Notes: generated from the letters alone by a model not told the origin. Shown: positions 28,610-37,401, counted from the stretch's first letter. The stretch is 64,000 nucleotides of DNA from Prevotella sp. (GCA_023663025.1 JAMPIC010000005.1:13735-77734); one strand, 5' to 3'. Numbers and translations: made by a program.

Positions 28610-30031
28610 TTAATATGTAACTGAAATAGTAGGTGTGTCAATTCCATTGTAATTATCGTCCTTAATTTTTAAAGTAATTTCAAAATTTTCTATGTCTTCC
28701 GCACAGGAAACATTCGAATCATCAAGATACATATCCCATAATTTGATTTCTAAAATTACTGATTTACCAGCAGAAATAGTTTGACCATAAAAGCTATAAT
28801 CCATCATAAATCCGTTTACAGAAAATGAATCGTATTCATCAGTAATATAAATATCTTTTGTACTGCTGTTTTCGGCTAAAAGCATTATATGTATATCATT
28901 GCTATAAGCGCTGCTGTCGTCAATAGCTTTCTTTGAAACAATCCGTATGCCATTATTGTTATATATTTCCTCACCGGAATTGTCAAAGGACGATTTTACT
29001 TTTGGAATAGTAATTTTAATATCTGAGGAATCAATTATTTTGTCATAACTGTCACCCCGAACTACTAAATTAAATTCTATTTCTCCAATTTTATCTATGC
29101 CATACAAATCCCAAATGTTTTTTTCAATCATATTTGAAAACGCCATATCAACAACACAGCGTTTTCCCATATTAACGGTTTTGCTTGTCCAATTTCCGCT
29201 TTCAATAGTCAAACCATTCAAAGCAATATCACTTATACCAATATTAACAATTTCATCTGAATTGTTTTCAATTTCTAACAGTATAATATCATCACCGTCC
29301 TTATTTTTAAACAACATTTCAGAAATTAGGCGTATTCCATTGACATCATATAGTATATCTTCCGAAGAATAATTCAATGAATAGTCATATTTACTTTGGA
29401 GGGTATTACTTGATATTGCGTCTTTATAAGAATCAATAGTATAATCATAGGAATCATAGGCAGTAGTTTTTATTTGCAACGGACCGGTATAAATTTTATT
29501 GTAATCATCGTCCTCAATTTCAATATCTATTTCGATATCAGCAATTTCATTAATTCCATACAGACTTAATTCATTATAGCTGAATCCTATTGAGTCCATT
29601 GCCTTTTTCCCTGCTGAAACATCGCAATTCAAATAACCGCCATTGTACATATAGCCATTTACAGAATTACCGCTATGTCCCAAAGAGCCGGCAATAAACG
29701 ACAAGCTTTTGTTGCTGTTATTTTCAATCATAAGCTTAAGTTCCGCTTCATAATTATTGTAACTGAGTTCTGTTGCAGTAATTTTTACATCATTTTCGTC
29801 ATAGATAAGTATCTCTTCAATAGTCGCATTTTGTTTGAGTTCGGTTTTGTTCTCTGATTTAGTTTCGGTTTGAGCTGTGTAGGTTTCTTCATATTCTTCA
29901 TTACTTGTTGATACATCCTCATAGATTGCGTTTTCTAATGTTGTATTTTTTGTAGTGTCATTATCTTCATAGCAAGCAGTCATTGTCGCTGCAAGTAATA
30001 TTGTCATAAGTATTACTATTATTTTTTTCAT
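28610..30031 (-). CDS. Lipoprotein with three tandem ~130-aa beta-rich repeats
   Basis: Signal peptide and lipobox MKKIIVILMTILLAATMTAC (start 30031, RBS AAAGGAGG). Three repeats each contain a (L/I)xxENNS...NG(Y/L/F)... core and a Y/DxI.EIE..L.. tail. Confidence 0.75.
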   Translation of the reverse strand: MKKIIVILMTILLAATMTACYEDNDTTKNTTLENAIYEDVSTSNEEYEETYTAQTETKSENKTELKQNATIEEILIYDENDVKITATELSYNNYEAELKLMIENNSNKSLSFIAGSLGHSGNSVNGYMYNGGYLNCDVSAGKKAMDSIGFSYNELSLYGINEIADIEIDIEIEDDDYNKIYTGPLQIKTTAYDSYDYTIDSYKDAISSNTLQSKYDYSLNYSSEDILYDVNGIRLISEMLFKNKDGDDIILLEIENNSDEIVNIGISDIALNGLTIESGNWTSKTVNMGKRCVVDMAFSNMIEKNIWDLYGIDKIGEIEFNLVVRGDSYDKIIDSSDIKITIPKVKSSFDNSGEEIYNNNGIRIVSKKAIDDSSAYSNDIHIMLLAENSSTKDIYITDEYDSFSVNGFMMDYSFYGQTISAGKSVILEIKLWDMYLDDSNVSCAEDIENFEITLKIKDDNYNGIDTPTISVTY

Positions 30032-30144
30032 ACTGATACCTCCTTTCATAAAATTGTTTGAAATAATTAGGTTGCTTGCTAATTTTGCAAGTAAACTCTT
30101 TTCTTTTCCACTTCTGTTCATTATAAAGCTCCTTTTTTCAATAT

Positions 30145-30561
30145 TTAGGCAACATTACATTCTCTAATGTGAGATTTTACCAATGTTTGATTGGGTTTAA
30201 GAGTAATATCTCGTTCAATGGCTTCAGCTATTTTTGCGGGAGATGGATGATAGCCATTTGGTAAATTTCTAATATGTTCACACACATTAACGGGTATTTT
30301 TGTTGTTTCTAAATGGATTTTTGGAATTGAAACCGTTGGGGCAATCGGTAAAACTGTAATTTTCTCCATGTCAGCATAAGAATTAGGTGGTATTTTAGTT
30401 TGTGGTTTTTCAATGCTCCTTTTTAAATACTCCCATAACATAGTAATTGAGTCTCTATTTCTAATTGCTAAGATTATTGCAGTAAGACTCACTCCAACAA
30501 GAATCAATTCGTTCTTATGCTCTTTAACCCACTTGATAAATTTACTCTTTTGTTCTCTCAT
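30145..30561 (-). CDS. Membrane-anchored hypothetical protein (138 aa)
   Basis: One N-terminal TM helix (LILVGVSLTAIILAI). The C-terminal segment CEHIRNLPNGYHPSPAKIAEAIERDITLKPNQTLVKSHIRE belongs to no family I recognise. Confidence 0.6.
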   Translation of the reverse strand: MREQKSKFIKWVKEHKNELILVGVSLTAIILAIRNRDSITMLWEYLKRSIEKPQTKIPPNSYADMEKITVLPIAPTVSIPKIHLETTKIPVNVCEHIRNLPNGYHPSPAKIAEAIERDITLKPNQTLVKSHIRECNVA

Positions 30562-30643
30562 AATAAACCTCCGTAATAAATTATTAATTTTTGATACATT
30601 GTTTTTATTATTGTCATAATCTTATTTTTAAAACTATATGATA

Positions 30644-31717
30644 TCAATCCTCCCTTTTGTAGTTTTCGCAATAAATTTGGAATGAATTTGCGATATATCG
30701 GAATATGTATACTTTTACATTTTTCTTCTTGCATAAAATATATTCATCACTACGCAATAAAAAATAATCCTTAATGTTATCCAATAAAATTATGTTGTAG
30801 TCTTTTGAAACAATTTCAATTTTGGTCAAAATGCCGCATATTTGCTCAATTTCCCATTGTACCTCAGCAGAGAATGGACTTTTTTTATTCACACAAAATT
30901 TATAAAGGTTTTCAAAACTTTCTGTAAGAACCTTATCTATTTCATTATCCGAATTTTTCACAGTTGTGCAATAATATTTCACGGCATTAATGAAGAATAA
31001 TGTCTCATCGCAAGTTACTGTTGGTTCATCACCTGTCATAAGCCACACAGCAACACCTTCAAAAAATATTACAGATTCCGAAATAACCTTCGAAATAATT
31101 TTATGTATTTCTGTAATTTTAAGCTGTACCTCTTCTGAATAATAGGAATATTTTTCAGCATAAAGTTTTTTGGTATTTTCAAGAGCTTCAATCAAAATAT
31201 CCACTTCTTCGTCTGTAAAAGCTTTACTGATAAGGTCGTCATATTCATCACTAAGGCTTTTTCCAAAGCGAAAATTTTTACCAATTAATGAGAGGTATTT
31301 TATAGTTTTATCATAGTTCCATTTACTGTTTAAGTTAAGAATAATCTCAGGTGTGATACCCGTTTCCAATATAGCTTCTTGGGCATCAATATCCCTGTCG
31401 TACTCTTCTCTGCGCTTTTTTAACTTATTAAGATATTTTTCATGAAATGTTTTATAATTAAAATCAGTAGATTTTCCATAAATAATTTTTTTAATCTCTG
31501 AATTAGTGTACCAATCTTTTTTATTTTTGCAAAGCCCATTATAATCTTTTATCTCTTTTATCATACGGATTTTTTTAATTTCCATTTCATCAAAATGTTG
31601 TGCAATTCCTTGCCCTGTTTTATGAGTATCAAGTATTGCATCTATCCATCCTTGAAGTGTTTGTTTCGGTACATCAAGTTCTTTACTCAATTGAGAAACG
31701 GTTTTGATTTTTTTCAT
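30644..31717 (-). CDS. HTH (MerR/excisionase-like) domain protein with a ~300-aa helical C-terminal region
   Basis: N-terminus MKKIKTVSQLSKELDVPKQTLQGWI (HTH). The remainder is helical with an internal duplication (SEEVQLKITEIHKIISK / SAEVQWEIEQICGILTK). RBS AAAGGAGG. Confidence 0.6.
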   Translation of the reverse strand: MKKIKTVSQLSKELDVPKQTLQGWIDAILDTHKTGQGIAQHFDEMEIKKIRMIKEIKDYNGLCKNKKDWYTNSEIKKIIYGKSTDFNYKTFHEKYLNKLKKRREEYDRDIDAQEAILETGITPEIILNLNSKWNYDKTIKYLSLIGKNFRFGKSLSDEYDDLISKAFTDEEVDILIEALENTKKLYAEKYSYYSEEVQLKITEIHKIISKVISESVIFFEGVAVWLMTGDEPTVTCDETLFFINAVKYYCTTVKNSDNEIDKVLTESFENLYKFCVNKKSPFSAEVQWEIEQICGILTKIEIVSKDYNIILLDNIKDYFLLRSDEYILCKKKNVKVYIFRYIANSFQIYCENYKRED

Positions 31718-31930
31718 ACAGATACCTCCTTTATTTAAGTATAAAACTTACTGAGATCAGAAAGCAATACTATATTTTCAACAAATTTTTACAATGCTTT
31801 TTGTTAAGTATGACAGAAATAAATTGCATATACAAAAGCTGCCGATACATTAGTATAAGTATCGACAGCCATATAATCCGCTGTATTTGTCTTTTAATAA
31901 TATTTTTGAAAAACTTCTACATCGCTGTCA

Positions 31931-32040
31931 GCCTAAAGGCTGAGCCTTTGCCCTTATGGGCGTATATTGCCTGTAAGGGTAAATTGCTCCCACGGGCAAC
32001 AATACTTCCGTACCGTTACCTGCCTAAAGCCGAGGGACTT
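31931..32040 (-). repeat. Structured intergenic repeat, copy A (functional strand inferred as minus)
   Basis: The plus strand reads gcctAAAGGCtgaGCCTTTgCCCTTAtgggcgtatattgcctgTAAGGGtaaattgctcccacgggcaacaatacttccgtaccgtt... It starts 35 nt after the stop of the minus-strand gene 32075-32971. Confidence 0.6.
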
Positions 32041-32074
32041 TATTCCGCTAAAAATTATTCAACGCCTTGTGGTA

Positions 32075-32971
32075 TCATTCGCTGTCGTCATCATCATCTT
32101 CGCCGCCGAGTACAGCGCCGCTTAAATTCACATAATTGCCTTTTGCCGCCAAATCCATAATCTTTTTGAGCACCTCGCCGTCCTTAATAACCGCGCCGCT
32201 TAAGTTAAGGAATGAGCCGTTGCCGTTGCCGCAGAAATAATTTTCGTTTTCCTGCCGCTCTTGTATCTCCCGCCAAACGTCCGCATATGTCCAATCCTCC
32301 AGCTCGGCGTAGGCGTCAAGCTCCTTTGCGGACATAACGGTTTCCGCAAAATGGAGGGCGTTCAGCAGGAACGTCACCAGCCCGCTTTCGCCGCTGTTGA
32401 ACGGTATTTCGTAGACCCTCAGCAGACCGTCCTGCGTTTTCTTGCTTAACGTTGGCTTGAAACGGCTTCTTTCAAGCGGGTACTGCAAACTGTTCTCCCA
32501 ATCCTTGCCGCGCTCGATAATAAAGCGGGACTGCCCGTCTCCCGTGTCGTTCACGCCGCCCTGCACCGCAAAGCGGAACACATAGTCGGTGTTGGGTTCA
32601 AGCTGTTTCTCGCACTTGATCTGCGACCATGTCCAGTGCCAGTCGCCTATCTCGAAAACCTGCACGTTCTCACCGTCAAAATCGGAAACGAACAGCCTGC
32701 CGCCCGCGTTTACGGGGTTACCGTCCGATGACTGACAATTTTCGTCGAATTTAAACTCCCCGGCGTTGAAATTTATAACTTTACTCATTTTAAAATCCTC
32801 CGTATCCTTTACGGGCGGAGTTTTCGCGCCTTCGAGCAGTCTTATCCGCAGTTCGGAGACGCGCTCCGCCCTGCCGCTTTTTACCAGTCCCCGCGCCCTT
32901 TTCGGGTACGTCCGACCGATTTCGTTATCGAATTTGTCCGTAACAATAACGTTTTTTTCTATGGGTGTCAC
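32075..32971 (-). CDS. Hypothetical protein with an RRXRR/PLMP-like N-terminal motif and an acidic tail
   Basis: N-terminus VIVTDKFDNEIGRTYPKRARGLVKSGRAERVSELRIRLL, a beta-rich middle, then two NLSGAV repeats and a C-terminal GGEDDDDDSE. GTG start with poor SD spacing. Confidence 0.55.
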   Translation of the reverse strand: MTPIEKNVIVTDKFDNEIGRTYPKRARGLVKSGRAERVSELRIRLLEGAKTPPVKDTEDFKMSKVINFNAGEFKFDENCQSSDGNPVNAGGRLFVSDFDGENVQVFEIGDWHWTWSQIKCEKQLEPNTDYVFRFAVQGGVNDTGDGQSRFIIERGKDWENSLQYPLERSRFKPTLSKKTQDGLLRVYEIPFNSGESGLVTFLLNALHFAETVMSAKELDAYAELEDWTYADVWREIQERQENENYFCGNGNGSFLNLSGAVIKDGEVLKKIMDLAAKGNYVNLSGAVLGGEDDDDDSE

Positions 32972-33347
32972 CCCCTTGCTACCTATTCGGTTTTTAGTAT
33001 ATGTCCTGCTGTTTTTTGTTATGGGTGTCGTCCCCTGTTACAATGATAACATATTTGCTATTTTGTGACAATTGACGTTTTTTACAATTTTCGCCCTGAT
33101 TTTTTGTACTGCGGCAAACCAATAAAATAACACCTTTTGCAGTGGCGGATTTGATTATTGTTTTGTAGGACTGCTATATATAAATATCCTGCGATTAAAG
33201 CCGGACGAAGCTGTTATGAGAACAACTCCACAGATATATAAGCAATATTTTTTACGGAAATTTTTTTAAAGGGTATTGCGAAATACGGCGGCATATGGTA
33301 AAATTATTATCAATTCAAGAGGTATTTTTACCGGAAAGGACGGTATT

Positions 33348-36300
33348 ATGAAAAAATTATTCAACGACGGCTGGAAATTCAAGAAAACCGACGTGGATCT
33401 GTCTTTGGAACAGCTCCCGGCGGACGGCTGGAAAAGAGTGGATATCCCCCACGACTGGCTGATACATCAGACAAAGAACCTTTACGAAACAAGCGCGGGC
33501 TGGTACAGAAAAAGCTTCACGGCAAGCGGCGAAGCTTCCGCGCGGATAGTCCGCTTCGAGGGCGTGTACATGGATACCGCAGTCTGGGTCAACGGCAGGC
33601 TTGCGGGCGAGTGGAAGTACGGCTACTCCACATTCGAGTTCGACATAACCGCTCTGGTGAACGAGGGTGAAAACGAGATAACCGTAAAGGTGTCTCACCG
33701 TGCGCCCAACTCCCGCTGGTACTCGGGCGCGGGAATTTTCCGGAACGTTTGGTTTTTGGAGCACAAGGGCGCATACCTGAAATCGGACGGCGTGTACTTC
33801 TCCGAAAAGCAGGACGGTCAGAACGCCAATGTCCGCAGGATCAAGCTGTCCGCGGAAAGCGTCGGCGGCGACGAGGTGGAGTATACCATATCCGACGGCG
33901 GCGGAAAAGTCCTGCTGACGGCAAAGGGCAAGCCAAACGAGGAGATATCCGCGACTGCGGAAAACCCGCTTCTGTGGGACGTGGCTTCGCCCGATCTGTA
34001 CACCCTCGAAACAAAGCTTTTCGACGGCGGAAAGCTTGCGGACAGCCAATCCTGCAAGATCGGCTTCAGGACGGTGGAGTTCAGGGCGGACAGCGGCTTT
34101 TGGCTCAACGGCAAAAATTTCAAGCTGAACGGAGTGTGCCTTCACCACGATCTGGGCGCACTGGGCGCGGCTGTGAACAGAACAGCTCTGCGGAGACAGC
34201 TGGCGTCTATGAAAGAAATGGGCGCGAACGCTGTGAGAACGTCCCACAATATGCCCGCCGTCGAGCTTATGGAGCTTTGCGACGAAATGGGAATTTTAGT
34301 CGACAGCGAAGCTTTCGATATGTGGGAGCTGAAAAAGACAGACTATGACTACGCCCGTTTCTTTGACGACTGGTACGCACGCGATGTGGCAAGCTGGGTG
34401 CGCCGGGACAGAAATCACCCCTCGGTAATAATGTGGAGCGTGGGCAACGAGATATACGATACGCATGTTTCCCCGCGCGGAGCCGAGGTGACGAAAATGC
34501 TCTGCGGCGAGGTAAGGAAGCACGACCCCAACCGAAACGCCTATACCACCATCGGCTCAAACTATATCGAGTGGGAGGGCGCGCAGAAGTGCGCCATGGA
34601 GATCGATACGGTGGGCTACAACTACGGCGAGCGTCTTTATGAGGATCATCACCGCCGTTTCCCGAACTGGATCATCTACGGCAGTGAGACTGCGGCAAGG
34701 GTGCAGAGCAGAAGCATTTACCACTTTCCGAAGTCGGCGGCGTACATAACTCATGACGACTTGCAGTGTTCAAATCTGGAAAACTGCCGCGCGGGACTTT
34801 CCGAGCGCACTTCCCAGACCTCGATAATCGCCGACAGGGATACGCCTTTCAGCGCGGGACAGTTTATCTGGACGGGCAGCGATTACCTTGGCGAACCCAG
34901 TCCCTATTCCACCAAAAACTCCTACTACGGTCCTATCGACACTGCGGGCTTCCGCAAGGACGTATATTACCTTTATCAGGCGGCGTGGACGGACAAGACC
35001 GTTCTGCACCTTATGCCCTACTGGGACTTTAACGACGGTCAGCTCATCGACGTGATGGTCTACACAAATCAGCCTTACGCCGAGCTGTTCTTTAACGGAA
35101 AATCCTTGGGCAAAAAGGCTGTGGAGGGTATCTACAGCGCAGATTGGCAGCTTCCCTACCAAAAGGGAGAGCTTCGCGCCGTCTCCTACGATAAGGACGG
35201 GAACGTCACCGCCGAGGACAGCGTGCGCTCTTTCGGCGATACGGCGGAGATACGTCTAACACCCGACAAAACGACCCTAAAAGCCGACGGCGAGGATATG
35301 ATCTTCCTTGACATTTCCGCTTACGACGCGGAGGGTACTTTTGCTGCCAATGCCCGTAACCGCGTGCTGGCAGAGGTAAGCGGCGCGGGACGTCTGGTAG
35401 GTCTGGACAGCGGCGACAGCACCGATTACGACGAATACAAGTCCTCCTCGAAAAAGCTTTTCGGCGGTAAGCTTCTTGCCATGATAGCGGGAAAAGACTG
35501 CGGCGGGGAGATTTCCGTAAAGGTCACGTCGGAGGGACTTCCCGCAGCGGAACTCACCCTTTACGCCGAGGACGCCGTTTTTCCCGAGGGCAGGGCTGAC
35601 GCTTTCGAGGAGAACGCTCCCATAGGAACGCTGAAAGAAATTCCCGTGCGGAAGATAGAGATTTCCGCTTCGGCGCAGCACTTAGGAAAGGACGCCGCCG
35701 AAGCCGAGGTCACGGCGAAGGTACTGCCCGAAAACGCAGAGTACGGCGTGGATTGGGCTGCCGTTACCGAAACGGGAGTAATTACCAATATAGCCTCCGT
35801 AGAGGGAGACGGTCTCAAAGCAAAGGTCAGGGTTTACGGGGACGGTAAATTCAGGCTCCGCTGCTATAGCTGTAACGGCAAGCCTCACCCCGAAATAATC
35901 TCAGAGCTTGAAATGGACGCCGCCGGACTTGGCAGCGTGGTGATAAACCCCTACGCCGCGCTTGTCAAGGGAAGCCTTTACAATATGAGTCCCACACAGC
36001 TTGACGAGGTGTCCGAGGGCGGCGTGAAGATCGCCAAAGGCAGCGGAAATATCGTAGGTTTCCGCAGCGTGAACTTCGGCAGAGCAGGCTCGGACAGCTT
36101 TTCGGTAAACCTTATCAACTGGCACAACAACGACAACGTGCGCTTCTCGCTGTGGAACGGTATGCCCGGGGAGGACGGTTCCGAAAAACTGGGGGATTTC
36201 GTTTACCGAGCGGACTTTATCTGGCAGACATATATCCCCAACAGCTTTAAGCTTGAGCGTCCCTTAAAGGGCGTTAAAGACTTGTGCTTCGAGTTTGAAA

Positions 36301-36713
36301 AGTCCGACAAGAGGATATATTTCGGCGGCTTTATTTTCGAGGGCGGAGACGAATCCTACTCCGAGATAAGCGCGGCGGAGTACTCCAATATACGCGGCGA
36401 CAGCTTCACGGCAGGTGAGAACGCCGTGGAACGTATCGGCAACAACGTTTTCATCGACTACGACGGTTTTGATTTTTCAAAGGGCGTGACAAGCGTTACC
36501 GTCAGGGGCAGGACCCGCAACGCCAACGATTCCGTGCATATGCGTATCGTGGGCGAAAGCGGCGAGATCAAGGAGATACTGGAGTTCCCTCGCAGCGAGG
36601 ACTATCTTGAGAAAACCTTTGCGGTAAGCGGCTTTACCGGCAAGGCGGACGTTAAGTTCGATTTCCTGCCCGGCTGCGATTTCGACTTCCTGAGCTTTAA
36701 ATTCAACGCGTAA
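33348..36713 (+). CDS. Large glycoside hydrolase family 2 enzyme (beta-galactosidase-like) with Ig-like and carbohydrate-binding-like C-terminal domains
   Basis: FNDGWKFKK...DIPHDW, GVYMDTAVWVNG, NAVRTSHNMP, the acid/base motif VIMWSVGNEI, the nucleophile region IYGSETA, and about 500 further residues of beta-rich domains. Start at MKKLFNDGW (33348). Confidence 0.9.
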   Translation: MKKLFNDGWKFKKTDVDLSLEQLPADGWKRVDIPHDWLIHQTKNLYETSAGWYRKSFTASGEASARIVRFEGVYMDTAVWVNGRLAGEWKYGYSTFEFDITALVNEGENEITVKVSHRAPNSRWYSGAGIFRNVWFLEHKGAYLKSDGVYFSEKQDGQNANVRRIKLSAESVGGDEVEYTISDGGGKVLLTAKGKPNEEISATAENPLLWDVASPDLYTLETKLFDGGKLADSQSCKIGFRTVEFRADSGFWLNGKNFKLNGVCLHHDLGALGAAVNRTALRRQLASMKEMGANAVRTSHNMPAVELMELCDEMGILVDSEAFDMWELKKTDYDYARFFDDWYARDVASWVRRDRNHPSVIMWSVGNEIYDTHVSPRGAEVTKMLCGEVRKHDPNRNAYTTIGSNYIEWEGAQKCAMEIDTVGYNYGERLYEDHHRRFPNWIIYGSETAARVQSRSIYHFPKSAAYITHDDLQCSNLENCRAGLSERTSQTSIIADRDTPFSAGQFIWTGSDYLGEPSPYSTKNSYYGPIDTAGFRKDVYYLYQAAWTDKTVLHLMPYWDFNDGQLIDVMVYTNQPYAELFFNGKSLGKKAVEGIYSADWQLPYQKGELRAVSYDKDGNVTAEDSVRSFGDTAEIRLTPDKTTLKADGEDMIFLDISAYDAEGTFAANARNRVLAEVSGAGRLVGLDSGDSTDYDEYKSSSKKLFGGKLLAMIAGKDCGGEISVKVTSEGLPAAELTLYAEDAVFPEGRADAFEENAPIGTLKEIPVRKIEISASAQHLGKDAAEAEVTAKVLPENAEYGVDWAAVTETGVITNIASVEGDGLKAKVRVYGDGKFRLRCYSCNGKPHPEIISELEMDAAGLGSVVINPYAALVKGSLYNMSPTQLDEVSEGGVKIAKGSGNIVGFRSVNFGRAGSDSFSVNLINWHNNDNVRFSLWNGMPGEDGSEKLGDFVYRADFIWQTYIPNSFKLERPLKGVKDLCFEFEKSDKRIYFGGFIFEGGDESYSEISAAEYSNIRGDSFTAGENAVERIGNNVFIDYDGFDFSKGVTSVTVRGRTRNANDSVHMRIVGESGEIKEILEFPRSEDYLEKTFAVSGFTGKADVKFDFLPGCDFDFLSFKFNA

Positions 36714-36720
36714 CGGTTCG

Positions 36721-36756
36721 CGGCGTACCCGATACAATTCGGGTACGCCGTTTTTG
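36721..36756 (+). terminator. Rho-independent terminator
   Basis: CGGCGTACCCG-atacaatt-CGGGTACGCCG followed by TTTTTGCCGTTTTT. Confidence 0.75.
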
Positions 36757-36784
36757 CCGTTTTTATTTTATATTGCAAAAGGAC

Positions 36785-36813
36785 TTGAAAAAATTGCTGT
36801 AATGTGCTACAAT
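36785..36813 (+). promoter_or_regulatory. Sigma-70 promoter with extended -10; implies a leaderless or near-leaderless mRNA
   Basis: TTGAAA (36785-36790), a 17-nt spacer, TGc-TACAAT (-10 at 36808-36813). The ATG at 36823 lies only 9 nt after the -10 hexamer and there is no SD. Confidence 0.5.
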
Positions 36814-36822
36814 GTTTATATT

Positions 36823-37401
36823 ATGAAAAAATATTTATTTTTTACCGTTTCAGCGGCAGCTGCGGTTTTTCTTTCCGCCTGCCAAAGAGACAGAACTGCC
36901 ACCGTCGTCTATACGGACGTTCCGTCTCCGCTTACACAAATGACGTTCAGCGAATCCCTGCCGCCCGAAACTTACAGCGAATATATGGCGACATATACTT
37001 CCGAGACCGAAACTTCGCGGGGGGGACATTACTTTTCAATGCTGATCGGAAGCGGTATCTATGCGGATACGGGAGTGACTGCGCCTCCCGGAATTGGAGG
37101 GGGTCTTGAAACGCTTAAAAAAGATACCGCCGTTGCGACTGCGCCGCCGGTTTCCGAACCCGACGGTGAGGAAACCGTAACCTGCGCCCCGACCGGTACG
37201 GACGTCCCGACCGATACGGATACCGATATCACGGAAACCGAAGTAACCGAGGAAACGACGACAGTCACCACGCTTGTGCGCCCCAAGGCGGATACCGGAA
37301 TATCGGCATTTGTAACGAAAGTGACAGGAATATCAGCCGATACCTCGCAGACAAGCCTTTCTTCCGAATCGGAAACAACAGATACCTCGGACGCCGAGTA
37401 G
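36823..37401 (+). CDS. Lipoprotein, T/E/S/D-rich low-complexity mature part
   Basis: MKKYLFFTVSAAAAVFLSAC lipobox, followed by a threonine/acidic-rich sequence. Confidence 0.6.
   Translation: MKKYLFFTVSAAAAVFLSACQRDRTATVVYTDVPSPLTQMTFSESLPPETYSEYMATYTSETETSRGGHYFSMLIGSGIYADTGVTAPPGIGGGLETLKKDTAVATAPPVSEPDGEETVTCAPTGTDVPTDTDTDITETEVTEETTTVTTLVRPKADTGISAFVTKVTGISADTSQTSLSSESETTDTSDAE

Noticed and set aside
32075-32971. Possible IscB/TnpB/HNH-type nuclease, because of the RRXRR-like N-terminus and the adjacent structured repeat (which might have been an omega-RNA-like guide).
   Set aside because: No RuvC or HNH motifs are present anywhere in the 298 aa. The same repeat also follows unrelated genes (an HD hydrolase, a histidine kinase and GH94).
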